A stretch of DNA of 64,000 nucleotides from Thermoanaerobaculia bacterium (GTDB taxonomy: Bacteria; Acidobacteriota; Thermoanaerobaculia; UBA5066), in contig JBBRRY010000006.1 of NCBI GenBank assembly GCA_038245905.1, positions 32,001 through 96,000 on the forward strand. The letters are read 5' to 3'. The notes under the pieces were generated by a model. It had not been told where the DNA came from. It saw nothing but the letters and a program-made list of their open reading frames with translations, and did not search any database. This document shows, piece after piece, positions 1-8,173 of the stretch. The stretch's first letter is position 1. The number at the start of each line of letters is the position of its first letter. The position numbers and the translations under genes were made by a program.

Positions 1-1
1 G

Positions 2-142
2 AATTTCCACCTTCCCCGCTCGACGCTCCTCATGCTCGTCTCGGCGTTCGCGGGCCGCGAGAACGTTCTCGAGGCATACCGTGAGGCCGTCGGCGCCGAG
101 TACCGGTTCTTCAGCTACGGCGATGCTATGTTCGTCTCGTGA
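2..142 (+). CDS. queA: S-adenosylmethionine:tRNA ribosyltransferase-isomerase, 3' end (partial)
   Basis: Manual translation from position 2: [18 protein letters not shown]...[13 protein letters not shown], the QueA C-terminal signature; not in the ORF track. Confidence 0.93.
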   Translation, partial: NFHLPRSTLLMLVSAFAGRENVLEAYREAVGAEYRFFSYGDAMFVS

Positions 143-170
143 GCGACCTTCCCAACACTACCTCGATACG

Positions 171-1511
171 TCAGTAGGCCTGCAGGTAGCGGTCCACTTC
201 CCAACCGTGGACCTGCGCGATGTACTGCTGCCACTCGGAGCGCTTCGCCTCGACGAACTTCTCGAAGATGTGCTCGCCGAGCGCGTTCTTGAGAAGGTCG
301 TCCTTCTCGAGGCAGTCGAGCGCCTCGGCCAGGCTGCCAGGGAGGACGTCGATCTTGAGGCGCTTCTTCTCGCGCGCGGACATTTCGAAGACGTTCTGGT
401 TCACGGGCTCGCCCGCCTCGAGCTTGTTCTTGATGCCGTCGAGGCCTGCCGCGAGCATGACGGTGAACGCGAGGTACGGGTTGCACGCGGGATCCGGCAT
501 GCGGACCTCGCAGCGCGTCCCCATGCCGCGCCGCGCGGGGATGCGGACCATCGGCGAGCGGTTGCGCTCGGACCAGGCGACGTTCACCGGCGCCTCGTAA
601 CCCGGCACGAGCCGCTTGTAGGAGTTCACGAGCGGGTTCGTGATCGCGGCGATCGCGCGGGCGTGCTTCAGGATGCCGCCGATGTAGTTCATCGCAAGAT
701 TCGAGAGCTCGTATTTCGCCTTGGCGTCGAAGAACGCGTTCTTCATGGACGCGCCCGAACCCGTGATGAGCGACTGGTGGACGTGCATCCCCGAGCCGTT
801 GACACCAAAAATCGGCTTCGGCATGAACGTGGCGTGGAGGCCGTGGTCGAGGGCGACCTTCTTCACGATCAGCTTGAACGTCGTGACCTGGTCGGCGGTC
901 GTGACGGCGTCGCCATACTTGAAGTCGATCTCATGCTGGCCGGGCGCGACTTCGTGGTGCGCCGCCTCGACCTCGAAGCCCATCGCCTCGAGGGCGACGA
1001 CAATGTCGCGCCGCGCTTCCTCGCCGCGGTCCACGGGCGTCAGGTCGAAATACCCACCCTGGTCATGCGTGTCGACGATCGGGTCGCCGTTCGCGTCACG
1101 GCGGAACAGGAAGAATTCCGCTTCCGGCCCGGTCATGAGCGTGTAACCCATGGCCTTCGCCTTCTCCATCTGGCGCTTCAGCGTCTGGCGCGGACACCCC
1201 GCGAAGGCCTTGCCGTCAGGAGTGATGACGTCGCACACGAGGCGCGCCACTTTGCCGTTCGGGTGGGACCACGGAAAGATGCGGAACGTGTCGAGGTCGG
1301 GCACGAGGCCCATGTCCGACTCCTCGATCCGCGTGAAGCCCTCGATCGAAGACCCGTCGAACTGAATCTCGCCGTCCAGGGCCTTCTCGAACTGGGAGCG
1401 CGGCACCTCGACGTTCTTGATGATCCCGAGGATGTCCGTGAACTGGAGGCGCAGGAAACGGACGCCTTCCTTGTCACACGTCTTCAGAATTTCGGCGGCT
1501 TTAAGTCCCAT
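171..1511 (-). CDS. glnA: Glutamine synthetase type I (GSI-alpha-like)
   Basis: FDGSSIEGF, HHEVAPGQHEI, FMPKP..NGSGMH, NSYKRLVPGYEAP, EVRMPDPACNPY motifs; 446 aa. Confidence 0.97.
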   Translation of the reverse strand: MGLKAAEILKTCDKEGVRFLRLQFTDILGIIKNVEVPRSQFEKALDGEIQFDGSSIEGFTRIEESDMGLVPDLDTFRIFPWSHPNGKVARLVCDVITPDGKAFAGCPRQTLKRQMEKAKAMGYTLMTGPEAEFFLFRRDANGDPIVDTHDQGGYFDLTPVDRGEEARRDIVVALEAMGFEVEAAHHEVAPGQHEIDFKYGDAVTTADQVTTFKLIVKKVALDHGLHATFMPKPIFGVNGSGMHVHQSLITGSGASMKNAFFDAKAKYELSNLAMNYIGGILKHARAIAAITNPLVNSYKRLVPGYEAPVNVAWSERNRSPMVRIPARRGMGTRCEVRMPDPACNPYLAFTVMLAAGLDGIKNKLEAGEPVNQNVFEMSAREKKRLKIDVLPGSLAEALDCLEKDDLLKNALGEHIFEKFVEAKRSEWQQYIAQVHGWEVDRYLQAY

Positions 1512-1698
1512 CTTGCTCTCCCCTGTTCTTGCTGATTTCGGCTCTCGCCGCCGAGAGAATCCGTTCGCCGCACCTAAAAGTCAATGAAATATGGCGATTT
1601 GCACTCAAATCTGTGCATGAAAGCTATTTCCAGAGCGATCAGTCCGAATTATTTTCTTACCTTTCGAAGAATCTCCTCTCTTCCTAAACTCCCTGTCC

Positions 1699-2325
1699 AT
1701 GAAGACGCGCGCGGACGCCTGGTCCCTCCTCACCGAGTTCACCGAGTCGCAGCCGCTTCGCCGCCACGCGCTCGCCGTCGAGGCGACGATGCGCCACCTC
1801 GCGCGCTCGAAGGGCGTGACGGACGCCGGGGAGATCGAGACGTGGGGCCTCGTCGGGATGCTCCACGATTTCGACTACGAGAAGTTCCCGACGGAGCAGG
1901 ACCACGTCTGGCGCGGCATGGAGATCCTCCGGGAGCGCGGCTGGCCCGAGCCGCTCATCAAGGCGATCGGCGGGCACGCCTTCTACACGAACATCCCTCG
2001 CGAGACGCCGATGGAGAAGGCCATCCTCGCCGCGGACGAGCTGACCGGCTTCTGCGGCGCCTGCGCGCTGATCCGGCCGAGCAAGAAGATCGCGGACGTC
2101 CCCGTCGAGTCGGTCCTGAAGCGCCTGAAGGAGAAGTCCTTCGCGCGCTCCGTCGATCGCACCTACGTCACGCGCGGCGCCGAGGAATGGGGTGCGCCGC
2201 TGCCCGAACTCGTCGCCCTCGTCCTCGCTGCCCAGGTCCCGATCGCCGACCGCATCGGCCTTGGGGGCGCCCCGGCGGCCGACCTGTCGGTCTCCCCCGC
2301 CCCGCCCGAGCCTCCCGCGCCGTGA
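1699..2325 (+). CDS. HD-domain phosphohydrolase (HDIG-like)
   Basis: RRH...GMLHDFDYE...H...ADELTG HD-superfamily pattern. Confidence 0.85.
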   Translation: MKTRADAWSLLTEFTESQPLRRHALAVEATMRHLARSKGVTDAGEIETWGLVGMLHDFDYEKFPTEQDHVWRGMEILRERGWPEPLIKAIGGHAFYTNIPRETPMEKAILAADELTGFCGACALIRPSKKIADVPVESVLKRLKEKSFARSVDRTYVTRGAEEWGAPLPELVALVLAAQVPIADRIGLGGAPAADLSVSPAPPEPPAP

Positions 2326-3200
2326 CGTCGGAGCTGCGCGTGCGGGCGCCGTTCGACGGCACAGGCCTGTTCGGGTTCTTCGCCGCGCGTGCGCTGCCGG
2401 GGGTGGAAAGAGCCGGAGAAGATTTCTATGAAAGGACTTTCGCCGATCGCGGCCGGGCCGGGACGATCCGGCTGGCGCTCGCACGCCGCCGCGGCTCCCT
2501 CTTCCTTTCGCAGGAAATCCCCGGTTGGGCAAGTCCCGAACGCCTGTCGGCGCGCGTTTCCCGCCTCTTCGACCTCGATGCCGACCCGCGCGCGATCGCA
2601 AGGGTGCTCTCTCACGACCCGCTCCTCGCGCCTCTCGTCGCGCGCCGGCCAGGCCTGCGCGTGCCGGGCGCGTGGGACCCCTTCGAGGTCGCCGTCCGCG
2701 CGGTCCTCGGCCAGCAAATCTCCGTCGCGGGCGCTCGCACGCTCGCGGGCCGGCTCGTCGCGCTCTGCGGCAAGCCTCTGCCCAAGCGGCTCGCACGGCC
2801 GGGCCTTACGCACGTCTTCCCGACGCCGCGCGCGGTCGCGGACGCGGATGTCGCGCGCGTCGGCCTACCCCGCGCCCGCGCGGCCGCGCTCCGCGCCTTC
2901 GCCCGAGCCGTCGCCGACGGGTCGTTTCTCCTCGCGGCGCCGCGCGGCCTCGAGGACTTCGAGGAGCGGCTCACGGCGCTGCCCGGCTTCGGGCCGTGGA
3001 CGGCTCACGTCGTCGCGCTCCGCGCCTTCGGCGAAGGCGATGCCTTCCCGGCAAGCGACCTCGGCGTCGTGCGGGCGCTGGAGCGCGCCGGCGTCAGGCC
3101 GCGTGACGTTGCAGCGCGCGCGGAGCGGTGGCGCCCCTTCCGCGCCTACGCGACACTCCACCTCTGGGCGTCGCTGGCGGACGCCACGGGGGGCGCGTGA
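2322..3200 (+). CDS. alkA: DNA-3-methyladenine glycosylase II (AlkA N-domain + HhH-GPD), no Ada domain
   Basis: GTG overlaps upstream TGA (GTGA); GLRVPGAWDPFEVAVRAVLGQQIS, LPGFGPWTA, DAFPASDLG, WRPFRAYA. Confidence 0.9.
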   Translation: MTSELRVRAPFDGTGLFGFFAARALPGVERAGEDFYERTFADRGRAGTIRLALARRRGSLFLSQEIPGWASPERLSARVSRLFDLDADPRAIARVLSHDPLLAPLVARRPGLRVPGAWDPFEVAVRAVLGQQISVAGARTLAGRLVALCGKPLPKRLARPGLTHVFPTPRAVADADVARVGLPRARAAALRAFARAVADGSFLLAAPRGLEDFEERLTALPGFGPWTAHVVALRAFGEGDAFPASDLGVVRALERAGVRPRDVAARAERWRPFRAYATLHLWASLADATGGA

Positions 3201-3724
3201 CGAAAGACCGCGAGGAAGAGAAGATTCTTAGAAGGTCGAGTTTGGCGACGCCGGCGGGCGTCGTCGTCCTGATCGAGCGTGACCGTAGTCTGGTTGGACT
3301 GGTCTTCGAGGATCACTGGGCGCATTTTCGCGGCCACCTCGAGCGAAGGTTCGGCAATTTCTCATTCGAAGAAGATCCCCGCGGCGGCGCCCCGGCCGAA
3401 GCCTTGAGGCGCTACTTCGCCGGGAACCTCGACGCTCTCGACGCCATTGAGGTCGACATGGGCGGGACGCCGTTCCAGGAGTCCGTCTGGCGGGCCCTCC
3501 GCCGCATTCCTCCGCGGACCACATGGTCCTACGCACGTCTCGCGAAGGAGATCGGCCGCCCGACCGCCGTCCGCGCCGTGGCGGGCGCGAACGGGGCGAA
3601 CCCGGTCTCGATCGTCATCCCCTGCCACCGCGTGATCGGCTCCGACGGCTCGCTCACGGGCTACGGCGGCGGGCTTCCCCGCAAGAGCTGGCTTCTCGCC
3701 CACGAGGGCGCCCTCCTCGCGTGA
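3197..3724 (+). CDS. ogt: Methylated-DNA-protein-cysteine methyltransferase
   Basis: GTPFQ..VW, NPVSIVIPCHRVIG (PCHR active site), LTGYGGG; GTGA overlap with alkA. Confidence 0.93.
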   Translation: MTKDREEEKILRRSSLATPAGVVVLIERDRSLVGLVFEDHWAHFRGHLERRFGNFSFEEDPRGGAPAEALRRYFAGNLDALDAIEVDMGGTPFQESVWRALRRIPPRTTWSYARLAKEIGRPTAVRAVAGANGANPVSIVIPCHRVIGSDGSLTGYGGGLPRKSWLLAHEGALLA

Positions 3725-3773
3725 ACGATTCGCGCCACGGCCCCCTCCCGCGAGGGATAATCCCCTGTTGGGC

Positions 3774-5141
3774 ATGAACATCCTTCTCGTCGAGGGCGCG
3801 CGCGTCCTCGGAATGACGCGGCCGGACGACGTGACGCCGGACGGCGCACTCCTCGTCGAGGACGGTGCGATCGTCGCGCTCCATGCGGACGCGCGGAAGC
3901 GAGCCGCCGAAGTCGCCGCTGCGGGCCGCCCGCTCGAACGCGTGGACGCGCGCGGCCTCTGGCTGATGCCCGGTTTCGTCCAGACGCACATCCATCTCTG
4001 CCAGACGCTGCTCCGAAACGGCCCGGACGACCTTCCGCTCCTCCCCTGGTTGAAATCGTATGTCTGGCCCGGCGAGGCCGCGCACGACGAGTCTTCCCTC
4101 GAAATTTCGGCACGGCTCGGCCTCGCCGAGCTCCTCGCGGGCGGCACGACGGCGCTCCTGGACATGGGCACGGTGCGCCACACGGACGCGGTGTTCCGGG
4201 CGGCCGAAGCCTCGGGGATGCGCGTCACGAGCGGGAACGTGCTCATGGACGACGCCGATACGAATCCCGAATACCTCTTGATGGGCGCGACGGAATCTCT
4301 CGCCGAGACCGGGCGCCTCGCGAAGAGATGGCACGGAACGGCCGGTGGACGGCTCAACGTAGCCTATTGCCCGCGCTTCGCCGTCTCGTGTACGGACGGC
4401 CTCCTCCGGACTCTGGCCGCGTGCGCACGGTCGGACGGGTTTCTCGTCCACACGCACGCGGCCGAGAGCGCGGACGAGGTGGCGCTCGTCATGGCGAGAA
4501 CCGGCAAGAGAAACGTGACCTATCTCGACGACGTCGGCATTTCGGGGAGTCACGTCATCCTCGCGCACGTCATCCACACGGACGCGCGTGAGCGCTCCGT
4601 CCTCGCCGAGCGCGGCACGACCGTGGCGCACTGCCCGTCCTCGAACCTGAAGCTGGGTTCGGGAATCTGTCCGGTTCCCGAATACCGCGCGCAAGGCATC
4701 CGGGTGACGCTCGGCGCGGACGGAGCGCCCTGCAACGACCGGCTCGACCCCTTCACGGAGATGCGGCTCGCGGCGCTGCTGCCGAAGGTGCGTCCCGGCG
4801 CCGGAGCCCTTTTCGCGTGGGACGTCGTGCGGATGGCGACGGCCGACGGCGCCGCGGCGCTCGGAGTTCCGGCCGGTACGCTCGAGACCGGCCGACGGGC
4901 CGATTTCGTGCTGCTCGACCCGGGCTCGGGGTTCCTCGAGCCGACGTCCTGGCGCGACGACCCGTATGGTCCTATCGTTTACAGCATGGATCGGTCGCAC
5001 GTCGCCGCGACTTACGTGGATGGCGTTCTTCGCTATCGGCGCGGGGAGCCTTTCCCGCTCAAACCCGGGACCGAGGAAATCGACGCCGCCGTCGCGGCGC
5101 TCAAACGGCGCCGATCCGGCGACGAACGCAGAAAGAGGTAA
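3774..5141 (+). CDS. Metal-dependent amidohydrolase (MtaD/DadD-type nucleoside deaminase family)
   Basis: MPGFVQTHIH, HTHAAE, AHCPSSNLKLGSG, GADGAPCND motifs. Confidence 0.85.
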   Translation: MNILLVEGARVLGMTRPDDVTPDGALLVEDGAIVALHADARKRAAEVAAAGRPLERVDARGLWLMPGFVQTHIHLCQTLLRNGPDDLPLLPWLKSYVWPGEAAHDESSLEISARLGLAELLAGGTTALLDMGTVRHTDAVFRAAEASGMRVTSGNVLMDDADTNPEYLLMGATESLAETGRLAKRWHGTAGGRLNVAYCPRFAVSCTDGLLRTLAACARSDGFLVHTHAAESADEVALVMARTGKRNVTYLDDVGISGSHVILAHVIHTDARERSVLAERGTTVAHCPSSNLKLGSGICPVPEYRAQGIRVTLGADGAPCNDRLDPFTEMRLAALLPKVRPGAGALFAWDVVRMATADGAAALGVPAGTLETGRRADFVLLDPGSGFLEPTSWRDDPYGPIVYSMDRSHVAATYVDGVLRYRRGEPFPLKPGTEEIDAAVAALKRRRSGDERRKR

Positions 5142-5620
5142 TGCCCGTGCCCAAGATGTCGAAGAAACCAGCTCCCTTTCTCAAGACGGTCCTCGTCGGG
5201 ACGGATTTTTCCGTCTGCGCCGCGCGCGCGTTCTCGTTCGGCGTCTCGCTCGCGGCCTCTCAGGATGCGAGGGTCCACATCGTGCACGTCCTCATCGAAC
5301 CCGTGCAGGCGTTTGACGTGGCGGGGGCTCTCCCCTACCTCGACGTGTCCACGCAGAAGGAATGGGAAGAGGCCACGAAGAAGCGGCTCGCGGCCGCCGT
5401 CGCCTCGGCGGAGAAGCGGGGGGTCCGGGCGACGTCGGAGTTCTTGTGGGGCCGCCCCTCGGACGCGCTCGTCGAGGCCGCGGTGAGGACGAAGGCCTCG
5501 CTCGTCGTTCTCGGAACGCACGGCCGCAGCGCGCTCGAGAAGCTCCTCATCGGCTCCACGGCCGAGCGCGTCGTGCGCCTCTGTCCGGTGCCCGTCCTCA
5601 CGGTCCGCGAGAAGCGCTGA
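5141..5620 (+). CDS. Universal stress protein (UspA family)
   Basis: VLVGTDFS...LVVLGTHGRS..LLIGSTAERVVRLCPVPVLTV; ATG overlaps upstream TAA. Confidence 0.92.
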   Translation: MPVPKMSKKPAPFLKTVLVGTDFSVCAARAFSFGVSLAASQDARVHIVHVLIEPVQAFDVAGALPYLDVSTQKEWEEATKKRLAAAVASAEKRGVRATSEFLWGRPSDALVEAAVRTKASLVVLGTHGRSALEKLLIGSTAERVVRLCPVPVLTVREKR

Positions 5621-5636
5621 AGCTCCGGGACCGGCC

Positions 5637-6215
5637 TCAGCCGTTCGGGACTTCCCAAAGATCCTTGACGGCCGGGTGGTCCCACGCGATGCGCCATTCG
5701 TCGGGATCCTGGACGTCGAACGTGCGGGTCACGATGTAGAAGAGCGCGCACGGGTTCGTGAGGGGGCGGTATCCGTGCGCGACTCCCTCGGGGATGCGGA
5801 CGAGGAGGTCCTGCCCGTCTCCGGCCACGATGACCTGCGTTTTTCCGCACGTCGGGGAGTCCTTCCGCACGTCGTAGAGGACGAACTTCGCCTTCGACGG
5901 ATGCGGGCAATACCAGACGTCCTGCTGCTTGAGGTGGTAATGAAGGCCCTTGATGTGGTCTTCGGCGTTCACGATCGTGAAGTTGATCTGGGCGACCGGG
6001 ACGTCCCGGAAGAACTCCGCCAGGGCTTCGCTTCCGGGGTGGTCGGCCTTCGCGCGGTAGATCTCCTGGAAGAAGCCGCGGTCGTCCACATGGCGCGGCA
6101 GCCGGTGCACTTTGACGCCGTCGAGCGGCGTCTTCGACCCGTACGCCTTGACGCCCTTGCGGAACTCGTCCGCGATGGCCGCTGCGGTCAACTCGCTGGT
6201 TTTCGTGGGCGGCAT
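5637..6215 (-). CDS. dTDP-4-dehydrorhamnose 3,5-epimerase-like cupin (RmlC family)
   Basis: DDRGFFQE, KGLHYH, YDVRKDSPT.G, IPEGVAHGY motifs; likely start MPPTKT at 6215. Confidence 0.8.
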   Translation of the reverse strand: MPPTKTSELTAAAIADEFRKGVKAYGSKTPLDGVKVHRLPRHVDDRGFFQEIYRAKADHPGSEALAEFFRDVPVAQINFTIVNAEDHIKGLHYHLKQQDVWYCPHPSKAKFVLYDVRKDSPTCGKTQVIVAGDGQDLLVRIPEGVAHGYRPLTNPCALFYIVTRTFDVQDPDEWRIAWDHPAVKDLWEVPNG

Positions 6216-6338
6216 GCGTGCTCCTCGACTCGGCATTCTACGGTGCGTCGCGACCGATTCTCTGACAGCCCCCGGGGCCCGCGGTGTATCTTCCCCCAAA
6301 CCAGAGAACGTTCCGCTGGATGAAGAGGAGGGCCTCCG

Positions 6339-7850
6339 TTGTCTCCGAACCCCTACTTTGCGACGAAGTCCATGGCAAGGCTCGAGGAAGAGATGCGGGA
6401 CGAGAACCGGCTGCGCCGGATTCTTGGCCCTGTTCAGCTCACGAGCCTCGGCGTGGGCGCGATCATCGGCGCCGGCATCTTCGTGGCGACGGGAGCCGCC
6501 GCGCACAACGTGGCGGGTCCCGCGCTGATCCTGTCCTACGTCGTCGCCGGCATCACGTGCATCTTCGCGGCGCTGTGCTACGCGGAGTTCGCGGCCATGG
6601 TGCCCGTCGCGGGCTCGGCCTACACCTACGCGTACGCCACGATGGGCGAACTCTTCGCGTGGATCATCGGATGGGACCTCGTCCTCGAGTACGCGGTGGG
6701 AAGTGCGACGGTCGCAACCGGCTGGTCGGGGTACTTCCAGGACGTCCTCAGCAAGCTGGGCTACACCCTGCCCCCGCTTTTCCGGGAATCGCCGTGGCGC
6801 TACGACGCGGCATCAGGCCACTTCCTTTCGACGGGCTCGATCCTGAATCTCCCGGCGATCGTCATCGTGGCGCTCGTCACGCTGATCCTGATCAAGGGCA
6901 TCGCCGAGAGCGCGTCGTTCAACGCCGCGATGGTCATGATCAAGCTCGCCGCCGTCCTGTTCGTCATCGGCGTCGGCGCCTTCCTCGTGGACACGTCGAA
7001 CTGGCATCCGTTCGCGCCCTACGGATGGACGGGCGTCAGCTTCTTCGGCCACCACGTCGCGGGCCAGACGGACCCCGGCGGATCGCCCGTCGGCGTCCTG
7101 GCCGGGGCCGCGATCATCTTCTTCGCCTACATCGGGTTCGACTCCGTCTCCACGCACACCGAGGAAGCGCGCAACCCGCGGCGGGACGTCCCGATCGGGA
7201 TCATCGCGTCCCTCCTTATCTGTACGATCCTCTACATCGCGGTCGTCGCAGTGCTCACGGGCATGGTCAAGTACGACCAGCTCGACATCGCCGCACCGGT
7301 CAGCCGCGCTTTTGAGCAGAAACACATGGGGTGGGCGGAGGGCATCATCGCGACGGCCGGCGTCGCGGGGATCACGTCCGTGCTTCTCGTCATGATGCTG
7401 AGCGGGCCCCGTGTCTTTCTCGCGATGGCGCGCGACGGCCTCGTGCCCAAGAGCTTCTTCGGAGCCGTCCACGAGAAGTTCCGAACGCCTTGGAAGTCGA
7501 CGATCGCGATCGGAGTCTTCGTCACGGTCATGGCGGGCTTCCTGCCGATCGACGCCCTGCTGCACCTGACGAACATCGGGACGCTCCTCGCGTTCGTGAT
7601 CGTCTGCGGGGCCGTCCTGATCATGCGCCGGACGAATCCGACCGCGAACAGGCCCTTCCGCTGCCCGTGGGTGCCGTTCGTGCCGATCATGGGGATCCTG
7701 ACGTGCCTTCTCCTCATGTTCTCGCTGCCGACGGCGAACTGGTGGCGCCTCTTCACATGGCTCGCGATAGGCCTCGTCATCTACTTCCTCTACGGCCGGC
7801 ACCACTCCGTCCTGCAGAAGGACCGCGACCGCGGCATCGTCGCGCACTGA
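6339..7850 (+). CDS. Amino acid permease (APC superfamily)
   Basis: GVGAIIGAGIF, AGSAYTYAY, FFAYIGFDSVST.EEA.NP; multiple TM segments. Confidence 0.93.
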   Translation: MSPNPYFATKSMARLEEEMRDENRLRRILGPVQLTSLGVGAIIGAGIFVATGAAAHNVAGPALILSYVVAGITCIFAALCYAEFAAMVPVAGSAYTYAYATMGELFAWIIGWDLVLEYAVGSATVATGWSGYFQDVLSKLGYTLPPLFRESPWRYDAASGHFLSTGSILNLPAIVIVALVTLILIKGIAESASFNAAMVMIKLAAVLFVIGVGAFLVDTSNWHPFAPYGWTGVSFFGHHVAGQTDPGGSPVGVLAGAAIIFFAYIGFDSVSTHTEEARNPRRDVPIGIIASLLICTILYIAVVAVLTGMVKYDQLDIAAPVSRAFEQKHMGWAEGIIATAGVAGITSVLLVMMLSGPRVFLAMARDGLVPKSFFGAVHEKFRTPWKSTIAIGVFVTVMAGFLPIDALLHLTNIGTLLAFVIVCGAVLIMRRTNPTANRPFRCPWVPFVPIMGILTCLLLMFSLPTANWWRLFTWLAIGLVIYFLYGRHHSVLQKDRDRGIVAH

Positions 7851-7853
7851 CCC

Positions 7854-8168
7854 GTGAAGCGCGCGGCGCTCCTGATCCTCATGGTCGGAGCGCCGCTCGC
7901 CCTCCTCTTCTTCCCGGAGCTTCGCCGGCGCATCGCGCACAAGATGCGGTTCCTGCTGCTCTTGTGGTCGGGGGCTGTTTTGTTCTTCGGATTACTAGGG
8001 GGACCGGGGAAGAAGAGTTTCTTAGAAAGGTTAAGAGGAGAGGAAATGGGCGCGGAGACGGCCTGGGCTCTCCTCGGCGTCGCGCTCTTCGCTGCCGCGT
8101 TTGTGTCCGTTCTGCGCGATTTCCGGCGATCCTCACCTTCTAAGAAATCCTCCGGCGCGAAGCGCTAG
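7854..8168 (+). CDS. Small membrane protein, hypothetical
   Basis: 104 aa with about three hydrophobic segments, immediately after the permease. Confidence 0.5.
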   Translation: MKRAALLILMVGAPLALLFFPELRRRIAHKMRFLLLLWSGAVLFFGLLGGPGKKSFLERLRGEEMGAETAWALLGVALFAAAFVSVLRDFRRSSPSKKSSGAKR

Positions 8169-8173
8169 TTCTT

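Noticed and set aside
1600-1617. NtrC site / sigma-54 promoter for glnA
   Set aside because: Spacing is N8 rather than the canonical N7, and I found no convincing TGGC-N-TTGC (-24/-12) promoter
1584-3200. 538-aa ORF as a possible Ada-AlkA fusion
   Set aside because: The N-terminal part is an alternative-frame reading of the HD gene and has no Ada Cys motifs; AlkA starts at 2322
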